Origin: Candidatus Pacebacteria bacterium CG_4_9_14_0_2_um_filter_40_15
GTDB lineage: Bacteria > Patescibacteriota > Microgenomatia > UBA1400 > PJMF01
Length of the DNA stretch: 64,000 nt
Assembly: GCA_002788675.1 (NCBI GenBank)
Contig: PFRS01000008.1
Location: 3,233-67,232, forward strand
Direction: 5' to 3'
Both the position numbers and the translations under genes were made by a program. This document shows positions 58,349-64,000 of this stretch, piece by piece. How positions within the stretch are numbered: position 1 is the stretch's first letter; each line of letters opens with the position of its first letter. The notes under the pieces are model-generated. The model ran no database searches and was not told the origin of the DNA. It worked only from the letters and a program-made list of their open reading frames with translations.

Positions 58349-59215
58349 ATGTCTACTAAACGTGATTATTACGAAATTCTTGGTGTTACTAAGTCAGCTA
58401 CAGAAAAAGAGCTCAAGTCTGCCTATCGGAAGCAGGCCCTTAAGTGGCATCCAGATAAAAATGCAAATAATAAAGAAGAGGCTGAGACTAAGTTTAAGGA
58501 AATAAACGAGGCCTATCAGATTCTCTCAGACACCCAGAAGCGTCAAGCTTATGACCAGTTTGGTCATGCAGCTTTTGATCCTGCAAGTGGAATGGGTGGA
58601 GGTGGTAATCCATTTGGTGGTGGATTTGGTCAAGGGCCGTTTACCTATACCTACAACTCCTCTGGTGGCAATCCCTTTGGACAAGGTGACGTCGGTGATC
58701 CATTTGAAATTTTTGAACAATTCTTTGGTGGTGGTTTTGGTAGACAAGCACAGCGAAGACCTCGCTACACCCTGAGGGTCGAGTTTATGGAAGCGGTAAA
58801 CGGGGTTGAAAAAGAATTTGAAATTGAGGGTAAAAAATACAAAATTAAAGTTCCAGCAGGAGCTAATGATGGAACCAGACTCCGGTTTAATGATTTTGAC
58901 ATAACTATTGATGTTAAAACGCACCCACGCTATAAAAGAGATGGATACGATGTCTTTGTTGATCATGAAATTTCGTTTTCATTAGCAGCTTTGGGTGGAG
59001 TTACAGAGGTAGAAACGCTACATGATAAGCTTAAGCTTAAGGTTCGTCCCGGAACAACTTCTCACTCTTTGGTTAGGTTGCGTGGAGAGGGTATCGCGCA
59101 CCTTCGAGGCAATGGAAATGGTGATTTATATGTCCGCCTGCTCATCACTGTTCCTGAAAAGCCTAATCGAGCACAGAAAAAACTACTGGAAAAATTAAGT
59201 GATCTTGGGTTGTAG
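58349..59215 (+). CDS. dnaJ: DnaJ-family co-chaperone lacking the Cys-rich zinc-finger domain (CbpA-like)
   Basis: J-domain [33 protein letters not shown] with HPD. G/F-rich region. C-terminal substrate-binding domains. No CxxCxGxG repeats. Confidence 0.8.
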   Translation: MSTKRDYYEILGVTKSATEKELKSAYRKQALKWHPDKNANNKEEAETKFKEINEAYQILSDTQKRQAYDQFGHAAFDPASGMGGGGNPFGGGFGQGPFTYTYNSSGGNPFGQGDVGDPFEIFEQFFGGGFGRQAQRRPRYTLRVEFMEAVNGVEKEFEIEGKKYKIKVPAGANDGTRLRFNDFDITIDVKTHPRYKRDGYDVFVDHEISFSLAALGGVTEVETLHDKLKLKVRPGTTSHSLVRLRGEGIAHLRGNGNGDLYVRLLITVPEKPNRAQKKLLEKLSDLGL

Positions 59216-59230
59216 TTTGTGCTATGAGTG

Positions 59231-60151
59231 TTAAGACTCAGTTATTGCTGGTTGCTCACCGACTTCAAATGTAAATGTTTCGACCACGTCGTTAAGTAAG
59301 TTCATGTACTCAGGTGAGTTAATTTCAATCACAATAATATTACCATCTTTAGGGATGAGCAAACTTGTTGATGAATCAAGTGATGAACTCGATGTCGTTT
59401 TTCCTGCACATTGTGTGCCTGTTACAACTCCTCCTACAGATCGTTCAACTGCATCCCCGAGACACTCTATAGGGGTTTCACTGACTTGAATTTTGGCTTT
59501 GTGTTCCGTGTTTGTGTATTCACAAAATGCTTGGAGATCTTCATTGCTGTTTACATTGCTGGTGTCGATAAAGATAAATTTATTTTCACTGTTTGGTCGT
59601 TTTTCTGTTGGTGCGGTACATGAAACATCTTGATATGAAGTATTTTCTACATACGCAAAGCCAAATGAGTACTGATAATTGGTATAGCTGATTTTAGGAA
59701 CAGGTGGTGGGGATGGATCTGGTGGCAAAACTGCTGGCCCTTCGGGAGGGATTATATTTTCGGGGGTATTATAATTGAGCTGTGGAGCTGGAGATCCTAC
59801 GACAGGATTCTGTGCTTCAGAAATACCATCAAGTGCAATGGGCTGTTGAGCAAGGAGAAATTGATTGTAGAGGATGTATCCACCAAGTGCGAGGAGCACC
59901 AGTACCATCACACCAATTACCCCGTATACTTTCCAATTAGATTTCGAATCTGCAGAATCTATTATTTCAGGTTGAAGTGAACTTTGACTGCTTTCCGCTT
60001 GTTGGAAACTGGGTTGCGCTGTTAGCGGAACAACCGGTTGTGCAGGGGTATTACTAGTTTGTCCAGTTGAATCAACTGAAGTATCTATTGGACCAGAAGG
60101 GATCTGTGATTCTGTGGCGGGGGGAGTTATAGGGGTCAGGCTATCGGTCAT
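59231..60151 (-). CDS. bitopic membrane protein with Pro/Ser-rich N-terminus, unknown function
   Basis: The track start 60169 is TTG; ATG at 60151. TM helix VIGVMVLVLLALGGYILY. Confidence 0.45.
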   Translation of the reverse strand: MTDSLTPITPPATESQIPSGPIDTSVDSTGQTSNTPAQPVVPLTAQPSFQQAESSQSSLQPEIIDSADSKSNWKVYGVIGVMVLVLLALGGYILYNQFLLAQQPIALDGISEAQNPVVGSPAPQLNYNTPENIIPPEGPAVLPPDPSPPPVPKISYTNYQYSFGFAYVENTSYQDVSCTAPTEKRPNSENKFIFIDTSNVNSNEDLQAFCEYTNTEHKAKIQVSETPIECLGDAVERSVGGVVTGTQCAGKTTSSSSLDSSTSLLIPKDGNIIVIEINSPEYMNLLNDVVETFTFEVGEQPAITES

Positions 60152-60260
60152 ATATAGTACAGTGTACAAAAATACTACTGCATTTGACTAGTAGAGAATG
60201 ATGTTTTCAGTTATCGATGATCAAGAAAGATATGAAATCTGTTAGAATACAAATGAGGAA

Positions 60261-61103
60261 ATGGTATCTAGAAAGTACAGTATGGCAAAGCAAGCAAAAA
60301 AACGCGTATTATTGACCGGTGATGATGGATATAATTCACTGGGAACACGTTTGGTCATTGCGGCTCTTAGGGATGCTTTTGATTTACACATTGCTGGTAC
60401 GCTGCGTCAGCAGTCTGCCGTAGGTAGTAAAATTAGTATTCACAGTGGTTTTGAGTGGGGAAAAGATACGGTCGATGATGTCCCGGCGCTTTGGGTTGAT
60501 GCAACTCCGGCAGATGCCATTGAGTTAGCCACTGCCTATTTCGATGAACCATTCGACTTTGTTGTTTCTGGAGTAAACTGGGGCGCAAATTTAGGTGCTG
60601 CCATTCCGTCTTCGGGAACGCTGGGCGCAGCCCAGCGTACACTCGCTGTGGAGTTAGCTCCAAAAGCAATTGCATATAGTTGGGATCTCCCTGTTGAGAT
60701 GTACACCATGGCTCACAACGGTGTGGACTCGCTTGATGAATATATGGATTATCCAGGTAACTTAATTTTGCCAATACTTCAAAAGGCAATTAAAGCTAAC
60801 TGGTGGGATGCATCCCTTTTGAATGTGAATTTTCCTGCCAAAAAGAGTCTTGAAGCTAAATTAACTCAGTTGTTACCAAATTTAAAACAAATTTATACCT
60901 ACGATTCGAGCGAAGTGACTAAAAATCCTGAAGGAGGACACTTTAACTACACTGGCAACAGAAATATGGAGGCAGTTTTTGATGTTTCTACAGATGTAGG
61001 CGCGGTAAATTCAGGATATATTTCTATCACACCATGTAAGTATGATTATCAGGATATCGAAGCATTTGAAAAAAATAAACAGGTTAGCTTCCAGCTTAGA
61101 TAA
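60261..61103 (+). CDS. surE: SurE-like 5'/3'-nucleotidase
   Basis: RVLLTGDDGYNSLGTRLVIAAL resembles the SurE N-terminal DDG motif region (ILLTNDDGI.A.GI..L). GAGGA SD before the ATG at 60261. Confidence 0.5.
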   Translation: MVSRKYSMAKQAKKRVLLTGDDGYNSLGTRLVIAALRDAFDLHIAGTLRQQSAVGSKISIHSGFEWGKDTVDDVPALWVDATPADAIELATAYFDEPFDFVVSGVNWGANLGAAIPSSGTLGAAQRTLAVELAPKAIAYSWDLPVEMYTMAHNGVDSLDEYMDYPGNLILPILQKAIKANWWDASLLNVNFPAKKSLEAKLTQLLPNLKQIYTYDSSEVTKNPEGGHFNYTGNRNMEAVFDVSTDVGAVNSGYISITPCKYDYQDIEAFEKNKQVSFQLR

Positions 61104-61241
61104 TTTCATCTTTCAATCAAAAAAACTTTTGTTACAATAGCTACTCGTCCAAATGAAGAGCTGGAATGATCAGTTATTTTCGTTTGGATGTGATCGTTAA
61201 TTTCTTATCGTTAGTTTTAAAACCTCAACATAGGAGCAAAA

Positions 61242-61946
61242 ATGAGCATTAGTCGTTCGCACAATGTCCGAAATATCATATTCGTTGGTTTCTGTTGTTT
61301 CTTATTGCTGATGGTAGCAATAGCATTTGGGCTAAGATCAGAAGGAATTTCACACATTCCTAGCAGTTCTGTAACTAGTAGAAACACAGAACCTGCATAT
61401 GATCAGGTAACTATCAATCAATTAGACATGATAGGAGTTCCCCATCAGGCAGGAATAGTCACTCTTCCGTCTGAAGACCTCCGAGCTGCATTAACCCCTC
61501 AGGTTGTGACAGCTAGCTGGAGTCAGGATGCAATAGACTTCAAAGTACCTCCGGGATTAACGGCCATTATTTTGGAGGATGAACCATTATTTCAAGTGAC
61601 TACTGCCGTAGCATTTGAAATTAAACTTATTCCGGTTGTAGGTGTATATGACCGGTGTGAGTTACTGGCGGAGTCACGCCAATGGGCGAGTATCTATGCC
61701 TTAGATAATAGGATGGCTGGGGCAATGATGGCAGCTGATTGTGCTAGAGTTATTCATTCCATTAATCCGGCTGCTATAATTTTACTTAATAGTACTACGC
61801 CCCCTGATGAGCCCACGGGGAGACTGGGAAAGTCACTTCGAGAGCAGATTAGAGAGGTTGGTTTCTCTGACAACCAGATCGGTGGAGGTACCAAAGATGC
61901 CTTTTCAAAACAGCTGATCGAGTCCTTGGTAAAAATCTTACAATAG
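61242..61946 (+). CDS. membrane-anchored hypothetical protein
   Basis: AGGAG SD. N-terminal TM helix. 234 aa. Confidence 0.4.
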   Translation: MSISRSHNVRNIIFVGFCCFLLLMVAIAFGLRSEGISHIPSSSVTSRNTEPAYDQVTINQLDMIGVPHQAGIVTLPSEDLRAALTPQVVTASWSQDAIDFKVPPGLTAIILEDEPLFQVTTAVAFEIKLIPVVGVYDRCELLAESRQWASIYALDNRMAGAMMAADCARVIHSINPAAIILLNSTTPPDEPTGRLGKSLREQIREVGFSDNQIGGGTKDAFSKQLIESLVKILQ

Positions 61947-61978
61947 ATTAAATTTGACTAACAGTTAAGAAATAAGTA

Positions 61979-62012
61979 TAGGCCTGCAGAAATGCAGGCC
62001 TAGTGTTTTTTT
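61979..62012 (+). terminator. ggcctgca-gaaa-tgcaggcc followed 5 nt later by T7
   Basis: Read from the sequence. Confidence 0.45.
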
Positions 62013-62204
62013 AAGTGTCTTTCCACTTGAAAAATACCCAAAAAACGCTATAATAGTAACCAGGTAAGTAAGGGAGGGGCTCAAGGATGAGCTCTTTTTC
62101 GTATTACCGCTAGTATTTAGAAACAAAGAAAAAAAGATAGCTAGTGAGGCGTACACGAGTCCATCGTGAAAACACATTCAATTCACTAGAGAAAAAAGGA
62201 ATCT

Positions 62205-63470
62205 ATGCAAACTACAAACAGTCGTGTCGTACGAACCGAATTTGCAGCTGCTATCGCTCAAATTGCAAGTGAGCGCAAAATTACCACTGAATCAATTTAC
62301 ACTGCAATTAAGCAGGCATTAGTTTCAGCATATCGTAAACAATATGGAGACTTAGAAGAAGAAGCTCATTATTTCGTTGAACTTAACGAAGATAATGGTG
62401 AATCTCGTATTTTTAAAGCTCCTGCAACTAAAGTCGATGAAGAAACAGGTGAAGTGCTCGAATGGGATGAAACCAAGTCTAAGGACGTAACTCCAGCAGG
62501 TTTTGGTCGCATTGCCGCTCAAACAGCAAAACAAGTCATCCTTCAAAAGATTCGTGAGTCAGAAAAAGATCAAATTATTTCAGAGTACGAAGATCGTATT
62601 GGTGAAATTATTACTGCTCAAATTCTTCGCATGGATGGCCGAAAAGTTGTTCTTGATCTTGGTCGAGGGCAAGGTCTTATGCCTCCAGAAGAACAGATGC
62701 GTGGTGAGTTCTACAAAGTGAACACCCGTATTACTGTTTTTATCAAAGAAATTCGTGAAACTCACCGTGGTCAAGCAATTATCGTTTCTCGTGCAGATGA
62801 GCAATTGGTTGTTAAACTTTTCGAACGTGAAGTTCCAGAAGTTCAAACAGGTTCTGTTAAAATTGAACTTATTGCCCGTGAAGCCGGTGTTCGCACAAAA
62901 TTAGCTGTTCGCTCAACCCAAGATGGTGTTGATCCAGTCGGTTCATGTGTGGGACAACGTGGTGTTCGTGTTCAGGAAGTTATTCGAGAACTCAATAACG
63001 AGAAGCTCGATATCATTCCTTGGACTGACGACAAACGATTACTTCTTCAAGGTGCACTAGCTCCAGCAGAAGGTCTTCAAATCACTATTAATGAAGAAGA
63101 TAGTCTCGTCGAAGTGGTTGCCCCTGATGATCAGCTCTCACTTGCTATTGGTAGAGGTGGACAAAATGTTCGCTTAGCTGCCAAGCTCACTAACTTTAAG
63201 ATCACTATTAAATCTGCAGATGGAACAGTTGAATCAGCAGTAACAGGTGAAGAAGAGTATGAGATCGACACTTTTGAAGGTGTTACTCCAGAAACTCGCG
63301 CATTCTTGGTAGATAATAAACTCACCACTCTTGGTGACTTAGCTCGATTCCAGAACAAATGGGTTGAGTCTGAAGAACTTGAAGCTGATCAAAAAGAAAT
63401 GCTTACCAAGCTCGTAGAAGAATTCATCGCCCGAGATGAGGAGATTAATTTACTTAGACAACAGCAGTAG
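62205..63470 (+). CDS. nusA: transcription termination/antitermination factor NusA
   Basis: N-terminal domain, S1 domain, two KH domains (…GSCVGQRGVRVQEVIREL…, …AIGRGGQNVRLAAKLT…). 421 aa. Confidence 0.9.
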   Translation: MQTTNSRVVRTEFAAAIAQIASERKITTESIYTAIKQALVSAYRKQYGDLEEEAHYFVELNEDNGESRIFKAPATKVDEETGEVLEWDETKSKDVTPAGFGRIAAQTAKQVILQKIRESEKDQIISEYEDRIGEIITAQILRMDGRKVVLDLGRGQGLMPPEEQMRGEFYKVNTRITVFIKEIRETHRGQAIIVSRADEQLVVKLFEREVPEVQTGSVKIELIAREAGVRTKLAVRSTQDGVDPVGSCVGQRGVRVQEVIRELNNEKLDIIPWTDDKRLLLQGALAPAEGLQITINEEDSLVEVVAPDDQLSLAIGRGGQNVRLAAKLTNFKITIKSADGTVESAVTGEEEYEIDTFEGVTPETRAFLVDNKLTTLGDLARFQNKWVESEELEADQKEMLTKLVEEFIARDEEINLLRQQQ

Positions 63471-63526
63471 TTTACAGAGGAGCGCGCCGAAGGCGCGCGA
63501 CCTCTTCTTGAAGAAAGAAGGGATAT

Positions 63527-64000
63527 ATGGCACAACAAAAACGTCCACCAGTCATCACCATTATGGGCCATGTAGACCATGGAAAAACTACCTTGCTCGA
63601 TTACATTCGTAAAACAAATGTTACCGCAAAAGAAGCAGGTGGAATTACCCAACACATTGGTGCATACAACATTGATTACAACGGTACATCACTAACCTTT
63701 ATTGATACTCCAGGTCATGCAGCCTTTAACAAAATGCGTGAACGTGGTTCTCAAATAACAGACTTAGTTATCTTAGTTGTAGCAGCAAACGATGGCGTAA
63801 AGCCTCAAACTATTGAGTCAATTCGTCACATTAAAGCAAGTAATGTCCCTGTTATTGTTGCAGTAAACAAAATGGACTTACCTGACGTGAATCCTGATAT
63901 CGCTAAGTCTCAGTTAGCTGAGCATGGCATTATGGTTTCCGAGTATGGTGGTGACGTGGAAACCGTCGAAATTTCTGCACTTAAAGGTAAGGGTGTCGAC
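63527..64000 (+). CDS. infB: translation initiation factor IF-2, short form starting directly at the G domain (3'-truncated by window end)
   Basis: [30 protein letters not shown]...DTPGHAAF...NKMD. No long N-terminal domain. Runs off the window. Confidence 0.85.
   Translation, partial: MAQQKRPPVITIMGHVDHGKTTLLDYIRKTNVTAKEAGGITQHIGAYNIDYNGTSLTFIDTPGHAAFNKMRERGSQITDLVILVVAANDGVKPQTIESIRHIKASNVPVIVAVNKMDLPDVNPDIAKSQLAEHGIMVSEYGGDVETVEISALKGKGVD

Noticed and set aside
61965-62177. 70-aa minus-strand ORF in the nusA leader
   Set aside because: It spans the terminator and promoter region (TATAAT at about 62052), has no RBS, and its hydrophobic translation looks random.

Overview
Low-GC bacterial chromosomal segment, about 55 protein genes plus two tRNAs, dominated by housekeeping genes: cell envelope, translation and chaperones. 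The gene content, a short-form IF-2 and lysine-tailed small proteins are consistent with a small-genome, Patescibacteria/CPR-like organism; this is inference only. Gene order: pilO'(partial)-pilN-murJ | rpsT | lepA | bPH-domain operon | smpB | cmk | class-A PBP / GH18 / class-A PBP cluster | HEPN-like + P-loop + CPBP module | nrdR-nrdJ (monomeric B12 class II RNR) | three small unknown proteins | tsaD and a tsaC-tsaE fusion | yidC | SPFH | groES-groEL | M48 protease, pgeF | two divergent tRNA(CAT) genes | Cys/Gly-rich secreted protein | ftsB-like | xer recombinase | racemase-trpS-csaA | ftsH | 5'-3' exonuclease | GT4/GH pair | hrcA-grpE-dnaK | about 8 kb block of large surface-protein genes | dnaJ-like | surE | nusA-infB'. 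No rRNA, CRISPR array or transposase was seen. Observations worth a second look: an 8 kb surface-protein block (one 1303-aa Cys-rich protein with a CBM-like domain) that splits dnaK from dnaJ; a related Cys-rich protein with Gly-rich tandem repeats next to the tRNAs; a tandem pair of about 100-nt highly structured repeats after groEL; a duplicated tRNA 3' end with twin terminators; a TsaC-TsaE fusion; a PBP-GH18-PBP operon; a CIRCE-variant operator at hrcA; NrdR boxes upstream of nrdR-nrdJ; and a possible HEPN-like / degenerate-kinase / CPBP module. Gene starts were read by hand from the sequence. Several ORF-track 'M' starts are actually GTG/TTG and were moved to the nearest in-frame ATG; adjusted coordinates may be off by a nucleotide.
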